A stretch of 64,000 nt of DNA from the human T2T-CHM13v2.0 reference genome, Homo sapiens: NCBI RefSeq assembly GCF_009914755.1, contig NC_060926.1; one strand, given 5' to 3'. The notes below the pieces were generated by a model. It worked only from the letters and a program-made list of their open reading frames with translations, searched no databases and had not been told where the DNA came from. The translations under genes and the position numbers were made by a program. Each line of letters starts with the position of its first letter. Within the stretch, counting starts at the first letter, position 1. Shown piece by piece: positions 26,351-42,362 of this stretch.

Positions 26351-26859
26351 TACTTGAATATATTTCTGGACCGTGAATTCATGGATCTCTTTATCACTGT
26401 ACCAGGAAAATGTTATTCTAATTATTGTTGCTTTTAATATATTTAATATATTTTTAGATTTAGTAAAGACAGTAAAATCATTATCTGATATAAACTAGCT
26501 ACAACCCTTCTATAAAGCTATTGATGATAACTGATGTTCTCTATCATTATAAACCGAAAAAAGCAGAACATAAGGGCCAAAAAAAATTATGCTTTTTGAA
26601 ATGTTACTTACATTTCAGAATTGTTTGATGGCCATTAGCACATGTTCCCAAAACTAAATCCTTCCTCTGTCTTCTGTGTTTCTTCATCCTCTGTTTATGA
26701 ATTTCTATGATCCTCTATGAAAACAAATACTTCATTATGCTGTGTCTTATGTCTAATTGTTTGTGCATCCAAATCTGCAGATTTCCAGATGCTGGAGGAC
26801 AGAAACACTACATATTAAATTCAAAGAGCTTAGGCATTTAGCATAGTTTGAAGCGAGGC

Positions 26860-27187
26860 TTTTTAAAAATTTTTGATGAAGTCCAATTTATCTATCTTCT
26901 TCTTTTGTTGTTCATATTGTTTTGCTCATATTTTGATGCCATATGTAAACAAACCATTGTCATATCTGCAATTGTGCAGATTTAGCCCTATCTTTCTTCT
27001 AAGAGTTTTAGTTTTAGCTCTAGCATTTAAGTCTTTGAAAAACTTTTGAGTTACTTTTATATATGATGTGATAGAATCTAATATCATTCTTTTGTACATG
27101 GATATCCAATTTCTCAATATCATTCACCTAAAACACAATTTTTCCCCCATTGAATGGTTTTGGCATCTTTGTCAAAATTAGATTAAC
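26860..27187 (-). mobile_element. L1M ORF2 3' fragment (left part of the host element of the L1PB)
   Basis: Minus frame ...NWISMYKRMILDS..YIKVTQKFFKDLNARAKTK resembles the L1 ORF2 C-terminal region. Confidence 0.85.
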
Positions 27188-30100
27188 TTTCTTTCTCTTT
27201 TCAAGATGGTTGACTAGAAACATCAGATACCAGTTTCCTTCAGGAAAAAAAAAAGTTATCAAGGGGAAAGTGCCGGAGCCTATGAAAAACTCACAGGAAG
27301 AAACTGGGGCACAGACAAAGAAGGAAGCACGAGGCTGGCAGGGATTGGCTGGGAACCCAAAGGACTTGTTACTTCATCAAAAGGGTAGGTGTGTGTGGTA
27401 TTGTCTCCCGTTGCCCCTGCAGTAGACTACCAGTGTCTGAACTAAGAGTGCTCCTCTTTCCTTGAAAACCCAAACACTGCTGTGAGTGTCAATTTAGGGA
27501 CTTCTTAAGAGCATTACACCAGACTACCAGCTCACGCAAAGTCACTTGCCCTCCCGCTAGATCCAAGCTGTGGTGGTGAGTGCTATACTTTGAGTACACA
27601 GACTGGGGGACTGTGTCCAACTCAGGAAACCTCAGCCCTTGTGTCACCATATCACCAGAGACACTGCAGACATTCCCTGGCACCCACTTGGATTGTAACA
27701 GCTACACAGGACTTGCTGGACCCAGGGGAGCGGCAGGATTACCAGTGGTCTAGCCCTCAGGGAGGGCTGCTCCAGAGAGAAGGGAAAGAGCAGCATACCA
27801 AAGGAGTGTGAACGGAGAGGAGACCAGTGCAAACACTCTCCTGGCCCGGGAGCTCCAGCTGGTAGGCTGAGAGTGACTGTGCCACTTCCAGCAGAGATGT
27901 GGGTGGTGTGCTTGTCTCTGCAACAAAGGAGTGTGGTTCCATCCCAGTGGACAGAAAGCCTCAGTGCTCAGGCATGGACATGGAGAGGGAGAGAGGAACT
28001 TCTCCTCTCCCCACCTACAGCTTCAGAGACAGCCCTGGCTTCACATGTGATAGGTTGGTAAAGACACATCAGAGGATAGCCATTCTAGGGCTATTAGGGA
28101 TGGCCATGTTCCCACTGGCAGTATGCCCACTGGGCCCAGGCTTGCATGAAAGATGAGGCCTGTCATCATCTCTACATGAACAGCAACATTTCTGCAGTGG
28201 TGAGCAGGAGAGCCAAAAACCTGAGTGTTTTGGGCTGAAAGAGGAGATTTTGCACAGAAGATATTTCAACAGTGAGCGAGAAGGCAAATGTCTTTCATGG
28301 CTCTTGGCTATACTGACTGCCGCCTGGAGATAGACGGCAGCGTCCATCCTATTTGCATGTCCCAAGCACTGAGACAAGGGTGTGGCAGGGAGCAGATCAC
28401 ATTTTTGCCTGCCTAGGCCTTGGAGCTGGGGCAGCCCTGCTCCTCCTCTGCAGAGATCTTAATAAATTTGACCCTGCCATCCTAATCAGGGCTGGTGCTT
28501 GTGCCTGATGTTGGGATTTCCAAGGGCAGCCTTGGTGGTTCAACTCAGCCCAGGTTTGTCCCCAACTCAAGGACTGAAAAGGGAGTTCAAGCCACTGTGC
28601 ATTCCACAAACCAGTTCATGTCCCCAGACAAGTGAGAGCTTCACTAAGTAAACAAAGATCAAGCATATTCCCATCTGCCTTTGCTATAACCAGCTCTTAC
28701 CCTTAAGCACCACCCACTGGCCTGAAGGTTGAATTGCACAACCCACTACAAAATCTGCTGACACAAGTGCACAGCACTGGGAAACAAAATAAGCTTCCTG
28801 AGACCTCTAGCATCCCAGCCCCACAGGAGGCAGTGAGTTAGCTCACACACCCAGTCCATCACTATTATAGCCAGCATTTTAAAAAGCCACCACACAAAAG
28901 TTATCTACAACCAAGGAACTTACACATTCTTTGCCACTGAAAGCACCCAGAACCAAACCTAAATGACCTTACACAACATACATTATACTCACATCATCAA
29001 TTGGAAAAGAAAAAATTTCTTCCCAAATGAAACAATAAGTACATTACAAAATAAGAAGAGATAATTTATCCAGTTAAGAAGAAACCATAGAAACAATTTT
29101 GGATGTACAGAAAACAGAATATTACAACACACCAAAAGGATCATACTAACTGTCCAGCAATTGAACCTAAGCAAAATGACATCTTTGAAATATCAGATAA
29201 ATAATTTTAAATATTTATTTTAAAGAAGCTTAATGAAATCTAAGAGAATGTTGAAAATCAACACACACAAAAATGAGAAAAATAATTCAAGGTATGAATG
29301 ATAAATTTGCTAAATATATAGATGTTAAAAACAAAAAACAAGCCAAACATCTGGAATTTAAAAATTTGTTGAAGGAATTTAAAACTATTGCTGAAATCTT
29401 TAACAATAAACGAGACCAAGTGAAAGAAAGTTTCCCAGAGCTTGAAAACAGGTCATTCCAATTAACCCAGTGGGATAAAAATAAAGAAAAACATTTTTTT
29501 TAATGAATAAAGCCTGTACTCAGTACAGGGTTATGAAAACAACCAAGCCTGCAAGTTGTAGGTATCCCTAAGGGAGAAGAAAGAGAAAAAAGTTTGGGAA
29601 ACTTATTTGAGGAAATAAGTGAAAGTTTCTTTACTCTCGCTAGAGACTTAGACATCCAGATATAAAGACTCAAAGAACTTTAACAAGATACACTGCAAGA
29701 CAGACTTCACAATGACATATAGTCATCAAATTACACACAGTCAATATGAAGAAATAAGACTCAAATGTCAACAAGAGAAAAAAAAGGCATCTCATAACAT
29801 ATAAAGGAAATTCCATAAGACTAACAGTGGATATCTTAGCAGAAACTCACAAGCCAGAAGAGATTGAAGTCCAATTTTCAGATTCTTAAATAAAAAATAT
29901 TATCAATCATGAATTTTGTAACTTGCTAAATTAAGCTTTATAAATAAAGGAGAAATAAAGTCTTTCTGGCCAAGCAAACACTAAGAGAATTCACCATCAC
30001 TAGGCCAGTTCTGCAAGAAAGGCTCAAGGCAATCTAAACCTTGAAATGAAAGCTTGATAATCTCCGTCATAGAAACACATGAAATTATAAAACTCACAGG

Positions 30101-30529
30101 CCTTATAAAACAGTAATTGAGACTATAAAGCAACTAGACAACCGACATTATGACAAAACAAAACTTAACATATCAATATTAACTTTCAACATAAATGAAT
30201 TAAATACTCCACTTAAATGGTATAGATTAGTGGAATGAATTAAAAAAATAAGATCCAACTATATGCTGCTTATAAGAAACCAATCTAATTATTAAAGACA
30301 CATAGATTCAAAGTAAAGTATGGAAAAAGATATTTCAAACAATTGGAGACCAAAAGCAAACAGGATTAACTACATTTATGTCAAATGAAACAGACTAAAT
30401 CTACAACAGTTAACAAAGACAGAGTCATTATATAATGATAAAAAGATCAATTGAATGGGAAGATATAATAATCCTAAATATATAAGCACCCAACACTGGA
30501 ACACCCAGAATGATAATGCAAATACTACT

Positions 30530-33281
<2,752 letters not shown>

Positions 33282-35974
33282 CTACTAGACCTAAGAAAAG
33301 AGATAGCAATACAATAATAGTGGAATTTTAACACCCCACTGACAGCACTAGAAACATAATTAAAGGAGTAAATGAACAAAGCAACACTGGACTTAAATTA
33401 GACTGTAGACAAAATTGACCTGATAGACATTTACAGAATATTCTACCCAACAACTGCAGAATATACACTTTTCACATCATTACATGGAAGTTTTAAGGTA
33501 GACCAACTGTAAGTCCACAAAACAAATATTAATAAGTTTAAATAAATCAAAATTATATCAAATATCTTCTCAGACCACAGTAGAATGAAAGCAGAAATTC
33601 ATTTTAAGAAGAACTCAGGAAACTATACAAATACATGGAAATGAAAGAACATGATCTTCAATTATCTTTGTGTCAACAAATTAATGTGGAAATTAAAAAA
33701 TTTTTTAAATGAATAAAAATAGATGCACAATAAAGCAAAACATTTGGGATACTACAAAAGCAGTATGGAAATGGAAGTTAATAGCATTAAATGCCTACAT
33801 CAAGAAAATAGAAAGATCACAAATTTACAACCTAACATTATACCTCAAGCAACTAGGAAAACAAGAACAAACCAAACTCAAAGCTAGCAGAAGAAAAAAT
33901 TATAAAAGACATTAAAGAAGAGCTAAATGAAATTGAGACCAAAATATAAAAATAAAAAGGATTAATATAATTAAAAGTTAATGTTTTGAAAGGATGAACA
34001 AAATAAATAGACTGATAGCTAGATTAACCAAGAAAGGATGAGAGAAGCTTCAAATTAGCAAAATCAGAGATGAAAATGGAGACATTACAAGTGATGCCAT
34101 AGAACTATAAAGATCATGAGAGACTTTTAGGAACAGCTAGCTCTACACTCACAAACTAGAAAACCTAGAGGAAATGGATAAAGTCATAAGTGACTTCAGT
34201 AAAGTTTCAGGATACAAAATCAATGCACAAATATTAGGAACATTTCTATACACCAATAAGCTGAAAATCAAATTAATTCCATGTATTATAGCTTCAAAAA
34301 CAATAAATAAAATACCTAGAAATTCATTTAACCAAGGAGATAAAAGGTCTCTACAAGGAAAACTACAAAACACTGATGAATAAATGAAAAAACATCCTGT
34401 GCTCAGGGGTTGGCAGAATCAATATTGTTAAAATGACCATACTCCCTAAAGCTAGATACAGATTCAGTGAAATTGCTATCAAAATACCAAAGTCAGAAAA
34501 CTCACCTGGAACCTACAAGACCCTGAATAGCCAACCCAAGTCTAAATGAAAAGAATAAAACTGGAGACAACACATTAGCTGACTTTAAATTATACGATAA
34601 GTTCATAGTAACCAAAATAGCACGGTACTGGTATAAAAATAGACACATAGATCAATGGACTAAAATAGGGAACCCAGAAATAAAGCCATATACCTATGAC
34701 CAACTGCTCTTTGACGAAGTCAACTAAAAACGTACACTGGGGAAACAATACCCTATTCAACAAATTGTGCTAGGAAAATTGGATTGTCATATGCAGAAAA
34801 ATGAAACTGGACCCCTATTTCTCACCATATACAAAAATTAACTCAAGGTGATTAGACATTTAAAATTAAACCTGAAACTATGAAATTCCTAAAATAAAAC
34901 CTAGGAGAAACTTCTGGACATTGACCTAGGCCAAGAATTTATGACCAAAACTTCAAAAGCACAAGCAACAACAACAACAAAAGTAGACAAATGGGACTTC
35001 CTCAAGTGAAAATGCTTCTGCACAGCAAAAGAAATAATCAGCAGAGTAAATAGGTAATCTACAGAATGGGAGAAGATATTTCCAAACTATGCATCTGACA
35101 AAGAACAAATACCCAGATTCTCCAAGGAAGTCAAACAACTCAAGAAGAAAAAACAAAACAAATAACTTCATTTAAAAATGAGTAAAAAAACATGAAGACA
35201 CTTCTTAAAAGAAGACATACACATTGCCAACAAACATGAAAAAACTTTAAACAACATCAATGATAGAGAAATGCAAATTAAAACCACAATGAGATATCAT
35301 CTTATACCAGTCAGAATGGCTATTCTCAAAAAGTCAAAAAACAACAGATGTTGGTGAGAGTGTGGAGAAAAGGGAATACTTATACGCTGTTAGTGGGAAT
35401 GTAAATTAGTTCAATCTCTATGGAAAACAGTATGGAGATTGCCAAAGAACTGAAAATAGAGCCACCATTCGACCCAGCAATCCCACTACTGGTATCTACC
35501 CAAGGGAAAAGAAATCTTTATATGAAAAACAAAAAAAAAGACACATGCACTTTTATGTTTATCACAGCCCTATTCAGAATAGCAAAGATATAAAATTGAC
35601 CTAAGTGCCCATCAACAGATCATTGGATAAAGAAAATGTGCTCTGTATATGTACACACAAACACACACTCATGTACACATACACCATGGAGCACTATTCA
35701 GTCATAAAAAAAGAATAAAATCATGTCTTTTGCAGCAAAATGTATGCAATCATCGGCCATTATATTACAGGAAATAAATCAGAAACCAAAAGTTAAATAC
35801 TGACTTGTTCTCATGCATAGGTGGGTGCTAAATAATGTGTACACATGGTCATAGAGAGTTGAATAATAGACATTGGAGACTTAAAATGTGAAATGGTGGG
35901 AGGGGGTGGGGGATGGAAATTATTTAATGAGTACAATGTACACTCTTCTGTTGATGGTTAAACTAAAAGCCCAG

Positions 35975-38900
35975 TCTGTTGTTTAATTTCCACGTATATG
36001 TAAGTTTCTCTAATTTGTGTTTTTTTGACATTATTTTATTGTAGTCAGTGAACATACTTTATATTATTTCTATTCTTTGAAACTTACTGAGCTTTTTTAA
36101 AATGACATAACATATTAACTACCTTAAAGAATATTCCCTGTGTACTTGAAAAGAATGTATATTCTTCTGATATTGAATGGACTGTTCTGCATATATCTAT
36201 TAGATTTCATTTGTTTATAATGTTTTTCGAGTCTTCTTTTTTGTTGATGTATTTGATCTGTTATGAGAAGTGGGCATCTGAGTTCTCTATTAGTGTTTAA
36301 TTATCTATTTCACCTTTCATTTCTGTCAGTTTTTGCTTTATGCATTTTGGTGCCCTGTTATTAAGTGCATATATACGTATAATTGTGATATCTTCCTGAT
36401 GCATTGATTATTTTATCATTATAAATATCTTCCTTTATGTCTAGTAACATTATTTGTTTCAAAGTCTATTTTGTTTATTGTTATTATAGTCACTTCCTAA
36501 TTTTTTCTTTGCGTAAATCTTTTTTCCATTTTTTATTTTTTAAATTGATTCATATATTTAAATCTCAAGTGTCTTAGATCTTTTCTTAATCCTGTCTAAA
36601 AATTACTCCTTATGAATTGGAATATTTTATTCATGAAGATTTACTGTTACTATTGACATAATTGGATTTTCACATACCATTTTGCTTTTTGTTTTTATAT
36701 CTCCTGTGTCTTTTTCCTCCTCTTTTCCTCTTTTACTGCTTTTTTTGCATCAGGTAAATATTTTCTCTGGAAGTATTTTAATATATTTTTATGAATGGTT
36801 TACTCTATTGTTTAAGTTATTTCCATAGTGGCTGCTTTCAGGCTTATCATATAGATATTAACTTATAAGAAATGTCTTTATATTTATACAAACTTAATTT
36901 CACTGAGATAGGAAAACATTACTCCCATATAACTATTTTCTTTCCCTCCTTTTGTGATATTACTCTCAAACACACTACACTTATTTCTTCAAACCAAATG
37001 ACGCTTATTAAAATCATAATTTTATATAGTATTATGTACTTTAAAGAAACTAAGGGACGAAGGGTGAGCAAATATTTATTTATAGCTTTGTTATATTAAC
37101 CTTCTCATCTATCATTTGTGATTCTGTTTGTTTATTCCCATGGTTTCAAGTTTTTATTTGTAGTCATTTCCTTAGCCCAATACAGCTTTGCATCCAACCC
37201 ACATGTTCTGTGCTGTTATTAGACAATATATTACAATTCTATGTGTTATTAAGTCCAACAATACTATATACACATATAGTGTATGAATGTATGTGTGTGT
37301 ATATATATTATATATGTATTAAATAGGTATGTGTGTGTATACATGTGCAGACTAGGCATCCTCAATTCAAAAAATTCAAAATCTTTAATGCTCCAAAATC
37401 CAAAACTTTTGAGCATTGACATGATGCCACAAGTGGAAAATTTCACACCTAACTTCGGTGATGGGTCACAGTCAAAACACAGGCCCACAACACACAGTTC
37501 ATTCAGCATCTGTACAGTAACCTTTTAATCAAGACACACAATTGCAGGTGGAGACTGAAAGCCTGCTGTTGTTTCCTGTTGCTGTTGTTTAACAGCCTAC
37601 ACAGGTATTCTGGTGCTGCTACTGTGCTTCTTAGTTACCATGAACACATAATTTTTTCACTATTACTGATATGTCATACTTTTTACTGTTAAGTACATAT
37701 GTGTGAATAAGTATAAGAAAATAATTACTTACTGATAGCAGAGAAATTCAGATTCAGGAACGATGGTGATGCCAACAAAAACAGATTTTCCACGTGAGTG
37801 ACTGAGATAGTGACACTTTTGCTTTCTGATGGTTCAATATGCAGAAACTTTGTTTCATACACAAAATTATTAAAAATATTATACAAAATTACTTTCAGGC
37901 TATGTGTATAAGGTATATATGAAACATAAATAAATTTTGTGTTTACACTTGGGTCTCCTCTCCAAGATATCTCATTATGTATATGCAAATATTCTACAAT
38001 TTAAAAAAATCTGAAATCTGAAACACTTCTGTTCCCAAGCATTTTGGATAAGGGATACTCAACCTGTGTATACATTTCCTCTGAATCTTTGTTTATTTTT
38101 CCTCATTAATGTCTTCAAATTTTCTAATTCTTTCCTCTGCCTGTTAAAATCTACTAATGAGCCCCTCTGGTAAATGCTTCATTTTAGTTATTACACTTTT
38201 CAGTTTCAGATTTTTCTATTTTTCAAATAATTTCCATGTTTTTGTTGATCTTCTCTATCTAATGTAACACTTTCATCATAGTTTACTTCTTTAATAATGG
38301 TTTTCTTTAGCTCTTTGAACATATTTATAAGGGCTACTTTGAAGTATTTATCTATTATACACAATTTCTGTTGTTTCTCACCAGCAGTTTTTGTTGCTTG
38401 CTTTTTTTCTAGTATTTGGCTCATCCTTTCATGTTTCTTTGAATGTCTCATTTTTTTTTTCTGGAAACTGAACAATTTAGATAATGTATTGTAGCAATTT
38501 TCCTCTCCATTCTAGAGCTGGTTATTGATATTTTCTTCTTTACTTGTTTAGTAACTGGCTGGGTTGTTTTAGTGAAGTCTGCGTGATGTTGCTTTTCAGA
38601 GGACACACCCTTTGGTAAGCCCAGAGTTATTCTAGGTTCGACAGGACTCTCTTTATCTCTCCTTACCACACCAGATGTTAAGCTCCAGCAATTGCTGGCT
38701 CATTGCTCTACTGTTTACAGTAATATCCCAGGGCATAAATTGTTCCACACACTAATCCAATCAAATTTAGGCTCCTTGAAGGTGTAGTTCCAAAGGTCAG
38801 TGTTTGAGATTTGTTCTGACACCAGAAGGGCTCTTGCAAGCTGTCTATTTCTCCATTTCTTTCCAACAAGCTAGCTTCTCTAAGAATAGCTCATATTTCA

Positions 38901-39700
38901 CATGAATGTGTTCATCACTTGTCAACTGCTTTTTACCTAGATGTCCTCCTGAGAGTGCTCCAGTGCCTGACTTTTTTGCATTTTGCTACAAATGAAGTTC
39001 CTTTCTTTAAAGTGGCCTTTGAAGTTCTCTGTTCTACGGCTTGCTTGTTTTCTCAGACAAAATATTAACCCAGTGTTTGGCGTTGGGACAGGGAAAATGG
39101 CGAGCTTCTTTCTAAATGACACCCCAGTTGAAGAGCTGAACACTCAGTGGATAAGAAGAGGGCAGCATCTTTAGGTATCTTTGGCATGCTTCCTTTGTTC
39201 TTATGAAATCCTCATCCCATGAACCAGGGCAAGGGCAACTGGGGGCTCCAGTATGCCCAGACACCACTCCCATACTACATCATTTTTCCCATAAGTGAGG
39301 ACTAGGCAATAAAAGGGGTCCTCCGTGCCTTAGCCATACTCATCCAGAATTTAGATTCAGAAACAGGTAGCTGGGATCAAGACGAAAAATGTTGATGTTC
39401 TGAACCATAAGGGAAGAGAGCCCTCCAACTTGATGCTGGAAAAAGAGAGAAGCCTGTGTTCTTGGCTGTTCCATTTTGGAGTAGAGTTTCTGTCCAGCTG
39501 ATCTGGAAAAGGGGTGATGAAAGGCATGGGTCTTGGTTTAAGTATCCAAGCTTTTGCAGTTTTTACTAAGTATAATAGATTTCTTTGAATAAGTGGTTTT
39601 TTTTTCATTTGCTATATACAATTTTCTGAAAACTTCAATGTTGTTTTTATTTATAATACTCACTAGTTTCACTAGGGAGTGGACCCATGGAGCTCCTCAC
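35975..39700 (-). mobile_element. Old L1M (L1MC/MD-like) 5' half: endonuclease region, ORF1 and 5'UTR, interrupted by Tigger4
   Basis: tgttgtttaatttccacgtat, gtgtacttgaaaagaatgtatattct. Minus frame 38206-38475 (DKYFKVALINMFKELKK) matches the old L1 ORF1 N-terminus. Confidence 0.8.
37348..38066. mobile_element. Tigger4 (Zombi/MER46 family) DNA transposon, internally deleted
   Basis: Right TIR ttttggataagggatactcaacctg and degenerate left TIR cagactaggcatcc; aatgctccaaaatcc and tgaaatctgaaacacttct. Confidence 0.88.
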
Positions 39701-39719
39701 AGTGATATCAGAAGAGGAG

Positions 39720-40950
39720 CTCCCATTTTCCTCCCTGTTGAAGTACATATAAAGAGAATCACATAGAGGTACTTTTGTGATATCTGCTTCTTTTACTGAG
39801 CATTATGCATCTGAGATACTATTATGCTGTTATGTATAGCAATAATTTTTTCTCTTTCATTCCAATATAATACTTCATGGTATGAATACGCCATAACAAG
39901 TCATTGTTCTCTTCAGTGTCATTTGGATCATTTTCAGTTTGGGGGTATTATAAGTAAAGCTCTTATAACAATCATCATATACTTTCTAATCAACATAATC
40001 ATTTATTCTCAGCATACTCCTCTGAATGAAACTTACGAGTCATAAATATATGTATGTTTAACTTTAGTAATATTTGCCAATTTCTCAAGAACATGGTTCC
40101 AATATACACCAGCATCAGCAATAAATAAGAGTTTTAGTTGCTCCATACTTAGACAACCTTTGGTATTATCAGGTTCTTTTAATTTTAGCCCTTCTGGTAG
40201 CATATCTCATTCTGATTATATTTTCCATCTCCGTTATAACTAATGATGTTAAGTATCTTTCCATATGTTCGCCAAATGAATAGTGTTTTTTGGGTGCCAT
40301 TTTGAGTTCTTTGCCCATTTTTTAAAAAAACTGGTTTGGCTGTCTTTTTCTATTTTATTTTTAGGAGTTCTTTATATATTATGTTAGATATATGCATTGC
40401 ATATCTTCTCCTAATCTGTGGCCTACCTCTTCACTCTTTTTATTATATCTTCTGATGAACAAAATTATTTATTTTAAAATGAATTCCAATGTAGCAACCT
40501 TTTCTTTTAGAGCTAATTTTTTGTGCCCTTTTAAAGAAATATTTGTCTCCACCAAGGTCATAAATATATTGTCTTATATTTTTTTCTGGAAACATAATAG
40601 TTTTACATTTCACATTTGCAACTATAAACTATCCTAAATTACTCTATGTCTAGTATACAATCTATTTTAAAGTCCATTTTTATTCATATGGATATAGAAT
40701 TTGTCCAGCATTATTTATTAAACAATCTTATGCTCACAAAATTGTCATGGCATAAGCAGGCCTATCTCTTAATTCTTAGTTGCTTTGGTGTTTTAAACTA
40801 TAACTACATCAAACCACACTGTCTTAACTACTAAAGCTTTACAATACACTATGAAATCTGGTAATGTATATCCTTCATCTTTGTTTTTATTTAAGGTTGC
40901 TATGGCTATTTCTGGTCATTTATATTTTAATATAAGTTTAGAATCAGAAT
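39720..40950 (-). mobile_element. L1MB/ME-type 3' region
   Basis: cttcttttactgagcattatg, agttttagttgctccatac and ttgtccagcattatttatt are antisense L1 3' phrases. Confidence 0.75.
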
Positions 40951-41179
40951 TTTTAAAGTCTAATCAGTGTGTCAAAATGATTAAATCAGAGAGTCATTTC
41001 TATCCACTAGTAAAAAGAGACCCAAGAGATTTCTTTATAAATGTTTTAGAGGACAATAGGTGGGAATACACTAAAAGAAAAAAAACAAAAGATGTTTTAG
41101 CTAGATATTCTTGTCTGTAGAATGATGTAGAAGAGTTTGGCAAAGTAGTTTAAAAAATACTGCTTAATACATTTATATG

Positions 41180-42362
41180 TGTATTAGTTCATTTTCATAC
41201 TGATATAAACAACATCCTGAGACTAGGTAATTTATAAATAATAGAAGTTTAATTGACTCACAGTTCCTCATGGCTGCGGAGGCCTTAGGAAACTTAAAAT
41301 CATGGCAAAAGTGGAAACAGGCACACCTTACATGGCAGCACGAGAAGGAAAGCATGTGAAGTAGGAACCATCAAACACTTATAAAACCATCAGATCTCAT
41401 AAGTACTCACTACTATCATGAGAACAGAATGGAGGAAACTGCTCCCATGATACAATCACCTCCCTCCCTCAACACGTGGGGATTACAATTTGAGATGAAA
41501 TTTGGGTAGGCACACAGAACCAAACCACATCATTCCACCCCTGGCTCCTCCCAAATCTCATGTCTTTTCACATTTCAAAACCAATTATGCCTTCCCAACA
41601 AAAACAGAAACTTCTTCCGCCTGATATCCTAAATCATCTCTCTCAAGTTCAAAGTTCACAGATGTCTAGGTCAGGAGCAAAATACCACCAGTCTCTTTGC
41701 TAAAGCATAGCAAGAGTCACCCTTGCTCCAGTTCCCAATAAATTTCTCATCTTCATTTGATGCCACCTCAGCCTGGACTTCATTGTGCATGTCACTATCA
41801 GCATTCTGGTCAAAGCCATTCAACAAGTCTCTAGGAAGCTCCAGACTTTCCTACATCTTCCTGTCTTCTTCTGAGCCCTCCAAACTGTTCCAACCTCTGC
41901 CCATAACCCAGTTCCAAAGTCACCTCCACATTTTCAAGTATCCTTTTAACAGTACCTCACTCTCTGCAGTACCAATTTATTCTATCGGTCCGTTTTTACA
42001 CTGCTATAAAGAACTTCCCAAGACTGGGTAATTTATAAAGAAAAGAGGTTTAACTGAATCACAGTTCCCCATGGCCAGGGAGGCCTCAGGAAACTTAAAA
42101 TTATGGCAGAAGGGGAAGCAGGTACATCTTACATGGTAGCAGGCGAGAGAGAGCATGTGAAGGAGGAACTGTCAAACACTTATAAAACCATCAGACGTCA
42201 TAAAAACTCATTACTATTATGAGAACAGCATGGGAAAAACCACCCTCATGATCCAATCACCTCCCTCCCTCTACACATGGGGATTACAGGTCCCTCTCTC
42301 AAGACGTGGGGATTACAATTTGAGATGAGATTTGGGTAGAAACATAGAGCCAAATCATATCA
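41180..42362 (-). mobile_element. THE1D-type provirus with most of the internal region deleted: LTRs 41180-41532 and 41981-42362
   Basis: Two LTRs and about 450 bp of internal sequence with a junction near 41600. TSD atatg/atatt (41175-41179 and 42363-42367). Confidence 0.92.

Noticed and set aside
27200-28700. GC-richer segment resembling a promoter or CpG island, with many ORFs
   Set aside because: It is the decayed L1PB 5'UTR and its CpGs are largely lost.
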